This document shows, in pieces, positions 40,290-50,441 of a stretch of 64,000 bases of DNA. Made by a program: the position numbers and the translations under genes. Position 1 is the stretch's first letter, and the number at the start of each line of letters is the position of its first letter. The DNA comes from Armatimonadota bacterium. GTDB taxonomy: Bacteria > Armatimonadota > Fimbriimonadia > Fimbriimonadales > GBS-DC. A model generated the notes under the pieces. It was not told the origin of the DNA and made no database searches. It saw nothing but the letters and a program-made list of their open reading frames with translations. Where the stretch lies: assembly GCA_037444405.1 (NCBI GenBank), contig JBBIML010000017.1:1-64000 (forward strand), read 5' to 3'.

Positions 40290-40315
40290 TTGCGAGAAGA
40301 AGGCTTCCAACAGCC

Positions 40316-41157
40316 CTACGGCAGTTCAGGACGAGTCAGTAAGTGTTCCAAAGCCGCGGCAAAGGTGTCAAACACCGCACACGGCTCAGAATACTCGTGA
40401 TGCAAGTAAACGACACGCCCCTCCTGCTCGCCTTCAGCAACACCTAAAAAACCGCCGCCCCGCTCCGCCAGAATGTAGTACGCCCCTGAAGACAGCCGCA
40501 CCTCCCGAACCTCCGAAAGCCCCAGCACCACCGCGTCGCCAATCTGAAAGCCTTCACAGACGCGAACCAGCTCCAGATAGTCCGCTGGCAAAGCAGCCTC
40601 TATCGCCTGCAGACGCCGCTGTTGCTCTTTATCAGAAAGCGGCGGCAACACCCTCTCAATCGCCCACTGACGCCCCAGCGCGGTACACCACGCAGGCAAC
40701 GACGCCTGCAAATCCGCCCCTGCCCCTCCAGCGAGGGCAGCGGCTCATAAATCGGTTCCATCACATCGGTATGGAAAACGACACGCTCGATGTGGACTTC
40801 GGTTTCACGCGCAATCCTCCTGTAGACTCTGCCGAAGGCGAGGGTGAACACTGTGCCTCTCACTAAATAGATGCGCATTTTCAGCCGTTCAGGTAGATGG
40901 GGCACTCGATAGTGAACGGTACACCACAGGGCTTCCAACCGTTGATTGGGGAAGCACGGGGGCGGCTTATGCTTGAGCGTGTAGAGGTTCACCTCGCCGC
41001 TCTCTTTATCGCGGTAGATGCGGTTGACCGCTTCTATCTGTTGTGCGAGAATGGCGCGGGGTTCCTCAGGCAGATGGTTTTGGAGCGCCTGAAACAGCGC
41101 ACGCTCGACAGGAGCAAACGGAGAACGACGGCGCAGAACCTTGAATAAAGACCACAT
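40316..41157 (-). pseudogene. SMI1/KNR4 (SUKH)-like immunity protein, frameshifted near 40715
   Basis: IEAALPADYLELV...G and DTFAAAL motifs; two overlapping frames. Confidence 0.65.
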
Positions 41158-41191
41158 TCCTCTAACCTCTTCACTCGTAGTGGGGTGAGCG

Positions 41192-42454
41192 TCAAACCAC
41201 CCTCAACCCTTCAAACACGCAGCCTCGAACCTCCGCTTTCTCAAGGGCTTGCTTGAGACGCTTGCTAACAACTATCAGCCTGGGGTCTTCCGCCGCCACA
41301 AACAGGTCGTGCCCCCTCACGCGGCTCCATACCAGAACAGGGCGATGCAAATCTAAGACCCTCTCAAAGTTCCGATCCCAGATCCCTATTGTCCGCTCAC
41401 GGCTCAGGCAAACCAGACGTACCTGATACACCGCTAAGTCGTAGTTGCCTATCTTCGCATTCGTTTCTGCGTCTCTCAGTTCTACCGGGACGTACCGTAC
41501 CGTATCCGATAATCCCATCTGTTCCAGCAGATTGCGTACTTTGGGGGAGAGAAGATTCGCTCCCCATGGGGTCCAAAAACAATCCGCCTCCGAATCACCG
41601 CGATAGACCCATGCGTAAAGCGACGGGAGCGCAGCAAGCTGTTCCATAGACATAGTGGATAGATCCCGCGTAAACTCTGTACGCTGTTGAGAGGAGGCGC
41701 TGGGCGTCAGCGCAAATTCGCTTACATAGTTCACCTCTTCGGGACATTTCCACGCAAAAAAGACCCAATCTTCGGCTTTCTGTTGCTCAAGCCGAACTCG
41801 GAGAGGCGCCCAGGGGGAATCGGACAGCTCCGAAGATTCAGCTATCTCTGCCCAGTGCTTTCCCAGCAGCCTTCTGGCTTCGTTTTGGGACCAACCAGCG
41901 GCAGCGTGTCTCCAGTAAAGGAGAGCCATAGACAGCTCCAGGCGTTCTATCCAGCCAAGGTACGCTCCGTATTGCGCCTCGAAATATTGCAAGGCTTCGG
42001 CAATAGCAACTCGCTGGAGACGGCTTAGAGACGAGAAGAGCTCCAGACGTCCCCCTTGTAACACTGGGAGCCTTTCGAGTCGCCTCATCAAATGGGCAAT
42101 CTCCATTTCAGGGATTTTCTCTCCCTCCAGGTATCGTTCGGCTATCCAGGTAGCCCTGTCCAAAACTTCCGAATTCTGGTAATCATTGAAGGGGTTAAGC
42201 CATTCCAGAAAGGCGTCAACTCCTCGCGAGTCCCAGATATAGGTATCAATCAGATTCTCAAGCACAAATGGAAGGTTTTCCCTCTGTTCCTTCGAAGACA
42301 AAACACTAAACCGTGACCTCAAAAAAACGGCATACTCGTGTAAATCTTCTAAATCGGACAGTGAACCCGTACCTCGATAGCCGCCCCCGTCTGCTTCTGA
42401 CTGAGGACGAAACCGATTCGGAAATGCGTGATAGAGTAGCAATCGCCAGTTCAC
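41192..42454 (-). CDS. Immunity protein with C-terminal Imm11/DUF1629-like domain
   Basis: LLSPKVRNLL...VRYVPVEL...IVVSKRLKQALEKA..RG..F. Confidence 0.65.
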   Translation of the reverse strand: MNWRLLLYHAFPNRFRPQSEADGGGYRGTGSLSDLEDLHEYAVFLRSRFSVLSSKEQRENLPFVLENLIDTYIWDSRGVDAFLEWLNPFNDYQNSEVLDRATWIAERYLEGEKIPEMEIAHLMRRLERLPVLQGGRLELFSSLSRLQRVAIAEALQYFEAQYGAYLGWIERLELSMALLYWRHAAAGWSQNEARRLLGKHWAEIAESSELSDSPWAPLRVRLEQQKAEDWVFFAWKCPEEVNYVSEFALTPSASSQQRTEFTRDLSTMSMEQLAALPSLYAWVYRGDSEADCFWTPWGANLLSPKVRNLLEQMGLSDTVRYVPVELRDAETNAKIGNYDLAVYQVRLVCLSRERTIGIWDRNFERVLDLHRPVLVWSRVRGHDLFVAAEDPRLIVVSKRLKQALEKAEVRGCVFEGLRVV

Positions 42455-42879
42455 TTTGAGATTCTACTCCTTTTTTACCACCCTGAAATACGACCGAATA
42501 CCGAGGAGTCCTGCGAACGGCTTCAGCGGCTCTGTTGCAGAGATGCGCATTCCACCTCGTGGCACGGCAGATTTCGCCGCGAGGGGGCGCGGCGACCGCG
42601 CCCCTGCTGATGCCCGTACGGACGCGGGAACCGCGTCCTGTTCTGTGAATCCCCCCTTCTTTGCAACAGAGCAGCTTGAGTCATCTGGCCCAAACGCCCT
42701 CTGATGGCGCGGCTGACTGGTTTTCCTGGACCGCATCTCATAAGCTTTCATAGCATCGAACCCATCGTGAATTCTATCTCTTCTTGGCTTTCCATATTTC
42801 CAAACAGGCAGGGTATAGTCTCTGGAAGTCCGCGGTGCGCCACACCATCTATCCTGTAGCCAGCGGACGGCAACTATTT

Positions 42880-43497
42880 TTAGCCATCTCTCAAGTCGTT
42901 GTCCGCCATTAGTAAACTCAAAACAGTCTCCAGTTGCGCCGATTGAAGATGACTATAAGGATACTCCCGTTTCGGGACAACTTGCCACACATTTAGCAGA
43001 TAACGAACCGCCTCTATCGGTGCATGTGGAACAAATAGATAACCATAGGCACAATCAGGCAAGCTAATCAAGACTAATCGTATCGGTCCCTGTTCCCCTG
43101 CTGCAAATGCCTCCAACGCCTCCCGAAGAACAGAAGAAGCGCATAACTGCTCGGCTGCTGCAGAATCATGACCAAACAGGAGAATAAGGCGATGATTGCC
43201 CTCTCCATCCACTTCTTCTTGAAAGTCCCTGATTAGCTCAGCAACCGTTTCCACGGTGAGTGGGGTGGGAGACCGTTGTTGAGTATCCCATGCACTCAGC
43301 CAGCACCAGTTCAGTCCCGATGCAAGAAGGCGCCTAGATAACTGCTCAGTAGTTCCAAAGCGTGACAAAGGCACCTGGTAAGCAATTGGGCGGCTTGGAC
43401 GCACAAAAGCGATGGTTGCTTGTTCCTCCAAAGGATTTACAAATTCTCGCAGAACCCACCCAATTCGACTTATCACATTTTTCCAGTTTTCCTGCAT
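42880..43497 (-). CDS. Hypothetical protein, candidate immunity for the 43505 tip
   Basis: RBS GGAGGTG overlapping the toxin stop. Confidence 0.6.
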   Translation of the reverse strand: MQENWKNVISRIGWVLREFVNPLEEQATIAFVRPSRPIAYQVPLSRFGTTEQLSRRLLASGLNWCWLSAWDTQQRSPTPLTVETVAELIRDFQEEVDGEGNHRLILLFGHDSAAAEQLCASSVLREALEAFAAGEQGPIRLVLISLPDCAYGYLFVPHAPIEAVRYLLNVWQVVPKREYPYSHLQSAQLETVLSLLMADNDLRDG

Positions 43498-43504
43498 CGG
43501 TGTG

Positions 43505-45096
43505 TCACCTCCTATTAGGGCAATCGCATTCTGGATCAAACTGGCTCCCAATGAGTTGCCCCAACGCACTGCCCGCAAGTCCACCTAGTGTACCTCCTAT
43601 CCATGTGCCAATTCCTGGGGCTAACACCGAGCCAATAGCCCCGCCTACCGCCGCACCTACAGCGCCGCCAACAGCTCCTCCGATAGCGCGTCCCCGATCG
43701 CATGGACCCGCTGTGGCGATATCGAGGACATCCAAGGCAAGCCCCAACACGACAGCCCCACGCCCTATATTACGTAAGACGCGATTATTGCCTAATCGGT
43801 ACAGCCAATCGGGAACATCACGATGATTAAACCGACTCAGTGGACCATATTCGGCGTTGAAGTGCGGATTTGGTTTCCCTTTGTGGGGACCGTCTAGATG
43901 GAAGCTTCTTTCCCAGTAAGGCCACTTGTTGCTAGGACGCCCCAGTTTCGCTTGTCCAGTACGCGAAGGCCGGTTCTCAAATATCAAGGCGTAAAGTAGT
44001 CCGCTACCAAATCCCAGCGAGCCTCCACCAAGCGAGTTCAATATCCAACCAAAAATATCTATATCTTCAAACAAGGCTATTGCTTTTAATCCACTTGGGT
44101 CAGCCCGACTAACGGAATCATTCCCACAATACCGATACAGGTTCGGGTCGCCCGAGGCGGCGTCTATCGGATCTCTCTGCAACCAGCGGGCGGTGCGGGG
44201 GTCATAGGCGCGAGCGCCGACATGGTACAACCCTACCTCAGGTATCCATTCATACCCATACGCCCCGTTCCAGGTAAACGGCTGGCGTGTAGTTCCCTCG
44301 TGATAAATCAGGTTCCCCCATGCATCATAGGCATACCGATCCGTCACCTGACCCGTGCTGGCATCTACCAGCATCCGCACATGCCCGAGTGCGTCGCAGA
44401 CATACAGCAACACCCGATAACCGTACAGACCCGAACGCTCCACCCGCGCCACAGGACCTAACTGACCCCACACATACTCCGCCAGCACCGTCCCGTACGG
44501 GTCAATCTCCGCCACCAGCGCGTCGCCATCGTATAGCAGGTAGACCCAGCCCCCTGTAGCAGGCGTGCGGTACGCCACCCGACGCCCCAGCGCATCATAC
44601 TGCGCCTCGTACACTACCTGCCCGTTCTGCTTCACCCAGACCAAGTTGCCAAAGCCGTCGTAGCCATACTCGCGATTGCCTGTCGGCGAGTTCTGCTCGC
44701 TAATCCGCTCCCCGTTCAGGTTGTAGCCAAACACCCAGTTGCCTATCTGACGCAACTGGTTGTACGCATACTGGGCAGTTGTCGTCGGCGCAGCAGGAAT
44801 GCCCATGAGCATATTTCCGCCCGCATCGTAAGTAAAGTTGGGGCGCGCGCCTTGCAGGGTGTCCTGCTCGTACATCAGGCTCCCGTCGGGGTAGTAGTCC
44901 CACGCAAGCTGCCGCGCCCCCGCGCCACGCCCTTCCTGCGCCGAACGCAAAGTGCCGTCCGCGTAATAGTCATAACCGAAGTAGGCAATCTCCGTGCCGT
45001 TCCACGAGGTCGCTTGCCACCACACAGAGCCGACGCTCTGGTGGTCGGCGTACTCAACCGAGGTCATTAGCCGATTGTTGCCTATATTGCTCCACA
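43505..45096 (-). CDS. 5'-truncated Rhs protein with YD repeats and a glycine-zipper C-terminal tip
   Basis: YDALGRR, YDAWGN, RWLQRDP...DPSG; GGAVGGAVGAAVGGAIG. Confidence 0.85.
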
Positions 45097-45552
45097 TCAC
45101 CCCCTGTCTTTGCAAAAGAACACCCGAACCCATCTACTGGCGATAAGAGTTCCTCGCTTGATTATTCCAAACCCTATGCCCATCTGCGCCGCTAATGTCC
45201 AGTACATCCCCATAAAGAATGGAACCGACCTCCAATCCCACGACGGATAAAGGTTGAGTTGATTGAACGCCACTGTGTAAACAACTCCGTGAATGGTGCT
45301 TAGCCCTATCGCCATGCCAATCCATAACATCTTTCGGGTTCTGACGAAGAGCAATAAAACGACGGCATTGATGCCGATAAACAGCCACGGTAACCAGGTT
45401 CGCTCTTGGCGCACAAACCAACCGACAGCCGTGCCTGCTGGTGCAAGATCCGCGGGTACGCACATCAAACCTGCGGCGGCTTGCAAGAGCGCTGAAGCAA
45501 TCAGCACACCCACCCACACTAGTCGGGTCCTGAATGACGATAACCTCTCCAT
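45097..45552 (-). CDS. Small membrane protein (orphan immunity candidate)
   Basis: About four TM segments; RBS GAGGAG. Confidence 0.6.
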   Translation of the reverse strand: MERLSSFRTRLVWVGVLIASALLQAAAGLMCVPADLAPAGTAVGWFVRQERTWLPWLFIGINAVVLLLFVRTRKMLWIGMAIGLSTIHGVVYTVAFNQLNLYPSWDWRSVPFFMGMYWTLAAQMGIGFGIIKRGTLIASRWVRVFFCKDRG

Positions 45553-45655
45553 GGTCGAGCTCCTCGTGGTCCCTGCGATGAGTCAGAGGGCACAGGCTTA
45601 TTCCGATTCTTATATTTTACCACCACCTTCACTTTTTCGCAGCCCTGTTCTTGAA

Positions 45656-45913
45656 TCAATGTGAGAAGATACCTGTCTTTGGGGGTCCTACATCGAGATA
45701 ACGCAACCAGCGGGCGGTGCGGGGGTCATAGGCGCGAGCGCCCACATGGTACAACCCAACCTCAGGAACCCATTCATACCCATACGCCCCGTTCCAGGTG
45801 AAGAGGTTCGGCGTGTCGCCTGCCTGCTCAATCAGGTTGCCCCAGCTGTCGTAGGTATAGTGGTCGGTAATAACGCCGTTTGGCGCAGCCAGCGCCCGCA
45901 CATGTCCCAACAA
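45656..45913 (-). pseudogene. Rhs core remnant truncated before the DPxG boundary
   Basis: LGHVRAL...YDSWGN...YDPRTARWLR then unrelated sequence. Confidence 0.85.
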
Positions 45914-45916
45914 CCT

Positions 45917-46789
45917 CTACCTGTTATCCAGAAACGCCTTCAGCCACTCAGTCAACTCCTCGCCTGCCCGTTTCGGCACTCGATACCACCAGAAGCCTTC
46001 AGGGCTATGGGGAAGAAATCCCCACTGTTCCCACGGCTCCGTCTTCCACAACGGTTCTGGAATATCATACGTCGCCTGTAGAAAGCGCTCATCCAGAGAA
46101 TGCAGCACGCTCATCAGCGCCTGTCGTCCTTCAGACGACACCGCTTGCGCCACCTCCTCTAACACATCACGAACGCAGAGGTCATTCCAGTAATCTTCGA
46201 TACCAAAATCATAAAAGTACTCTATTTCGGTAACCACTCTTGCCCACTTTCTGATAAGCGCATGCACAGTAGGCGTAGTGGAGTGAGCCAGTATCCGCTC
46301 AATTTGCACACTGTCCGAGACAGAAAATTGAAGCCGTTCCAGCTGGCTATCAAGGCTTGTCCGAAAACGCAAATACTCCAGGTAAGATTGGCTCTCCATC
46401 CAAGCCGCCAGATTTGTCCCCGCTTGCCTGGGTATCCGATACCACCACCACTGATTCGGGAGGTCGTCTTCAGATAGGGAATGAGAAAGAGAAATTTCGC
46501 GAGTTGCCTGTAGAAATCGGTTATCTACAGGCGACAAGGCAGTCTGCAGGGCTTCCCGACCTTCAAGCGAGATTATCTGAAGCACCCTATCTATTATATT
46601 TCGTATTTCCAAATCTGATATAACATAAAAAATCGTATTAACCGCTTCATCTTCAATAGTATCGATGGCGCTTTCCCAGCGCCCAAGTAGTTCACTCACG
46701 GATCTCGGTCCATCGTAGTATGCCAGTACCTGCTCAGCTCTAGCTCTGTCTTCCGCTGATATCTGCGGTATAGTCTCCATGTCTGCCAC
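45917..46789 (-). CDS. Immunity candidate with a tandemly duplicated domain
   Basis: Two copies of DL..R...EGR.AL...D.RFLQAT..I...WWYR.P..AG..L..W. Confidence 0.75.
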   Translation of the reverse strand: MADMETIPQISAEDRARAEQVLAYYDGPRSVSELLGRWESAIDTIEDEAVNTIFYVISDLEIRNIIDRVLQIISLEGREALQTALSPVDNRFLQATREISLSHSLSEDDLPNQWWWYRIPRQAGTNLAAWMESQSYLEYLRFRTSLDSQLERLQFSVSDSVQIERILAHSTTPTVHALIRKWARVVTEIEYFYDFGIEDYWNDLCVRDVLEEVAQAVSSEGRQALMSVLHSLDERFLQATYDIPEPLWKTEPWEQWGFLPHSPEGFWWYRVPKRAGEELTEWLKAFLDNR

Positions 46790-46793
46790 GCTC

Positions 46794-47587
46794 CTACCTC
46801 TTGAGGATATTGTTCCAATATTTCTTACCTTTATCCGGCTTATAATACGATAAGAGAGTCTTACCGTCAGGTGCTATGACAGCGAACTCATTCGTGCAAG
46901 GGTCGTACAGGTAGATTTTACCCTTGTTTTGCCCTTCTTGACCTATGTGCTTCAAAACTCCAGGCTGGTCTGCTCTGGAGACAAAGGCGCTGGCTTTCGC
47001 AAAATAATCCGATGGATCTTTCGCTCCGACCTCATGCCCGTGCTTTTTAAAGTGACCGACCAGCTTCTCCTTACTCGCAAATCGCAGATCCTGAAGGTGT
47101 ATCACAGCCTGCCGCACAGTGCCCTTCGATAAAGTTATTAGCACCCGACAATCCACCGCACCCCGAACCAGACGCGCCCCGACCATCCCTGCACGGGCAG
47201 CACCCACCACCGTCCGACTTGACCCTAAAGTCACCACATCCACAACCAAACTCACGGCGCCCACGCCCACGCGTACCCAGTCGCCCTCCGCAATTCCTTT
47301 GCCAATATCCCACAAAGCGCCGACCACAGGTATGAAGCCAATCCCGATGTCAAACAGGGTGCCTGCATCGGGACCTAAGCCTGAGGGGTCTGCGTGATTG
47401 AGGGGGTCGTTGGCACAATATGCATACACATTCGGATGCCCACCTGCCACATCAATCGGGTCTCTTTGCAACCATCGCGCGGTGCGGGGGTCATACTCAC
47501 GGGCGCCGACATGATACAACCCCGTGAACGGGATAAACTCATAGCCATACGCCTCGTTCCAGGTGAAGAGGTTCGGCGTGTCGCCCA
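46794..47587 (-). CDS. Orphan Rhs core end plus pre-toxin segment plus predicted BECR-fold RNase tip (5'-truncated)
   Basis: DPSG; GFIPVVG..WD pre-toxin motif; HFKKHG.E.G...YDP.TNEF.V...SYYKP. Confidence 0.72.
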
Positions 47588-47596
47588 CGCGCTCAG

Positions 47597-48391
47597 TCAG
47601 CTTTGAGACTGGATTAGTCTGTGAGCCGACCACGCACTTATGCCCCAAAATAGCACAAAAATCACTCCATTATAAACCGTAAGCCAACTCAACCGCCACA
47701 GCGCAGGAGCCAACCCATGAGAAGCAAGCTCCACCAGCGGCACGCTTAGATAGATTACCAGCCAGCCCTGCCACACAGTGTAGCGGCGTACCACTTCGTC
47801 TTGCAAAAAGCGCCAGCGCTGCCCTAGCCATCTCGATGCAACGCGTGAGAACCCACTGAGTAGCCATGCTACGACACCCAGCCAGAACCATTCCAGCAAG
47901 TGGAAAAGGGGACTGCCGTAGTTCCACTGCCATACGAGGGAACCTGAAATTAAACGCAGCCCTATCAGGCGCACTGCTCTGTCGGCAATGTAGCAAAGCT
48001 GTTCAAACAGGGGTATTCGGTATACATCGGGATACCCCCTCCACATAAGGCGTGTCTGAGAATTTTCTGGCTCCCACAGATTTTGATCAATCGCCAAGAG
48101 CATCAAGATGCCGATGCCTGCAAGAAGTGTACCACCAAGTATCCATCGGAAAAAGGCGCTCAGAGGATGGGTTTTTCTATGCTCCCATAGCTGCCAACCG
48201 AGCCAGCTCCAAGCCAGCCATCCGATCCATCGCGCGCTGCCCAAGCTATGTCCATAGCCTCGAATGTTCGCGCCGATATTCAATAGAACCATAAGAGGCT
48301 CTACCAGCCAAGGCGTGATGACAAGGCTCACCACAAGGCTGGTGATGCTGACAGTCAGGAAACGCATAATGCACTGGGCAACGTGTCGCAT
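47597..48391 (-). CDS. Multi-pass membrane protein (putative immunity family)
   Basis: RGYGHSLGSARW motif; Trp-rich TM segments. Confidence 0.65.
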   Translation of the reverse strand: MRHVAQCIMRFLTVSITSLVVSLVITPWLVEPLMVLLNIGANIRGYGHSLGSARWIGWLAWSWLGWQLWEHRKTHPLSAFFRWILGGTLLAGIGILMLLAIDQNLWEPENSQTRLMWRGYPDVYRIPLFEQLCYIADRAVRLIGLRLISGSLVWQWNYGSPLFHLLEWFWLGVVAWLLSGFSRVASRWLGQRWRFLQDEVVRRYTVWQGWLVIYLSVPLVELASHGLAPALWRLSWLTVYNGVIFVLFWGISAWSAHRLIQSQS

Positions 48392-48416
48392 CGCATCGCC
48401 CCTCTCGATGCCTCGC

Positions 48417-49205
48417 TCACCGATTTTCTCCACTCTCGGGAGGCTTGAAGTACCACAGCAAAGTAAGCCAGACCACTGTGAACATCGCAAACACGATTGT
48501 TACCATCCCTGAACTCACAACCGCATCCAGAAAATCCGAGAACCTTCCAGAGGAAGCCACCGCGGTGTGAAACGCCGCCACACCCCACCATCCGTAAGCC
48601 ATCTGCATCATCCACTGACTGGCACGCCAGCGAGGTACGCTACGGAGAATCATCCTCAACACAGCCCATAGCAGACCAACCTGGATTGCCAGTCCAAGCC
48701 ATGTCTCAAGCGCCGCACCCTGCCACACGAAGGCTACCGTGCTGCCTTCTGCCTTAGCAAAAGAAAAGCCAGATAAGCTCAGCAGAAGATTGGCAGCGAT
48801 CAGGCCTCCCGTGAAAAGCTGTGCCTGCTGGGGGGATTCATAGAGCAATAGCTCGAACGAGTCCCCTTCTATCCACATTTTCGGGTCGGCACACACCGCG
48901 TACACCAGCAACCAATGAACTCCTGCAAGGAGTGCTACAGGGTACAGGAGAACAGCAAGCGCACTTCGCCAAGTTGTGGGGGATAATCGGGTGTTATGAA
49001 ACACCCAAAGTGCCCACACGCAGCCCAGCGCGCCCATCCATCGAGAAACACCATACAGGAACAAGGCATACCCCCATCGCGTGTTGATGAAAGGAAACAC
49101 GCGCTCCCAGAAGGCGACGAGCGCCGGCGTGAACCAGAAGCCTGCCACAGCCAGCCCTGCAAATAAGCCGAGAACTCCTATCGATCGAGAAGTCGTCCGT
49201 TTCAT
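48417..49205 (-). CDS. Multi-pass membrane protein (putative immunity family)
   Basis: Overlaps the toxin stop (ATGA); RWGYAL...SRW motif. Confidence 0.7.
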   Translation of the reverse strand: MKRTTSRSIGVLGLFAGLAVAGFWFTPALVAFWERVFPFINTRWGYALFLYGVSRWMGALGCVWALWVFHNTRLSPTTWRSALAVLLYPVALLAGVHWLLVYAVCADPKMWIEGDSFELLLYESPQQAQLFTGGLIAANLLLSLSGFSFAKAEGSTVAFVWQGAALETWLGLAIQVGLLWAVLRMILRSVPRWRASQWMMQMAYGWWGVAAFHTAVASSGRFSDFLDAVVSSGMVTIVFAMFTVVWLTLLWYFKPPESGENR

Positions 49206-50392
49206 GGTCTTTTGTAGTTTTTCGTAGAATCGGCGAATTGCTTGAAAATGTCATTTGCTAGCAATTGTTTCCATACATCCACGCTGTGCATGTTCATGTG
49301 TTTTTCAATCCCATCACTGATGAAATTCCACCGTGACGCAGGCGCATTCACTCTAATAGTATACCAGCACGAACCTTCGTGACGCCCACCATGAAATCCA
49401 ACGGCATTTGCTAGATTAGGTCTGCTTCCAGCAACGGTATCATTCGGATCGTATACATCAAAGACGATGACATTCTGCATACGCTCTGGAGTAATTAATG
49501 CGTCGGGGGGCGAACCCAAGCGAATAATCGCATTGATAGGCGCCCCATTCTGAGCTGCAAAAGCAGCGACATTTCCACCGTTACTGTGCCCAACAACGAC
49601 TATTGGCAGCCCTGAATGTTTCTCCTGAACCTGTTTTACATAATCTGCGAATGCTTCTGCCTCGTCGCCTTGAATACTATAGCGGTTGGCAGTAGCTCCA
49701 AGGGCTCTTTTGCTACTTTGCCATGAGTAGTTATATGTACGTCCTGTTGCCCCCAAGGTGTCGGCAACATAGTCGATAAACTCCTTGCTGAACGTTGTGT
49801 CTCTGCTCATCGTTCCATGGATAAATACGACAACGCAATCCATGCCTGAAGGGTCTACACGCGTAACGGGTTGATTCAAACAATACGCATACACATTCGG
49901 ATGCCCGCCTGCCACATCAATCGGATCGCGCTGCAACCACCGCGCGGTGCGGGGGTCATACTCACGGGCGCCGACATGATACAACCCCGTGAACGGAATA
50001 AACTCATAGCCATACGCCCCGTTCCAGGTGAAGGGGTTCGGCGTGTCGCCTGCCTGCTCAATCAGGTTGCCCCAACTGTCGTAAGTGTAGCGATCAGTTA
50101 TTATCCCGCTCGGCGAGACCAGCGCCCGCACATGCCCCAAGCCATCTATCACATAGTAGCGCGTGTTCGCAGGGTTCTGCAGGTCAATCCGCGCAATCGG
50201 TCCCAGCAAGCCCCACACATATTCGGCAACAATCCGTCCCGAGCCGTCCACCTCGGCAACAATCGTGTCGCCTTCGTACACATAGTAGGTGCGCGTGGTG
50301 CCTGTTTCGCGGATAATCTCCTGACCCACACGCCGCCCCAGCGCGTCATACAGAGCGCGGTAGCGTCCTGCTGCAGGTGAATACGCCTCCAC
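49202..50392 (-). CDS. 5'-truncated Rhs protein with alpha/beta-hydrolase (lipase-like) tip
   Basis: YDALGRR...DPSG then VFIHGT, GHSNGG (GxSxG), LGSP, D.V and a C-terminal His. Confidence 0.85.
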   Translation of the reverse strand: MEAYSPAAGRYRALYDALGRRVGQEIIRETGTTRTYYVYEGDTIVAEVDGSGRIVAEYVWGLLGPIARIDLQNPANTRYYVIDGLGHVRALVSPSGIITDRYTYDSWGNLIEQAGDTPNPFTWNGAYGYEFIPFTGLYHVGAREYDPRTARWLQRDPIDVAGGHPNVYAYCLNQPVTRVDPSGMDCVVVFIHGTMSRDTTFSKEFIDYVADTLGATGRTYNYSWQSSKRALGATANRYSIQGDEAEAFADYVKQVQEKHSGLPIVVVGHSNGGNVAAFAAQNGAPINAIIRLGSPPDALITPERMQNVIVFDVYDPNDTVAGSRPNLANAVGFHGGRHEGSCWYTIRVNAPASRWNFISDGIEKHMNMHSVDVWKQLLANDIFKQFADSTKNYKRP

Positions 50393-50441
50393 CAGATTGC
50401 CCCACGCATCGGCAGATTCCTGCCTGTTGCACGGTGGCGAT

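Larger units (their letters stand above)
34113..50400 (-). other. Island of orphan Rhs toxin/immunity cassettes
   Basis: Six copies of the Rhs core end (YD/P..TARWL..), different C-termini, lower GC, IS remnants, nearly all on the minus strand. Confidence 0.92.

Noticed and set aside
42455..42879. Additional Rhs toxin cassette upstream of the Imm11-like gene
   Set aside because: Only a trace (VRWLQ) and no coherent ORF; too degraded to call.
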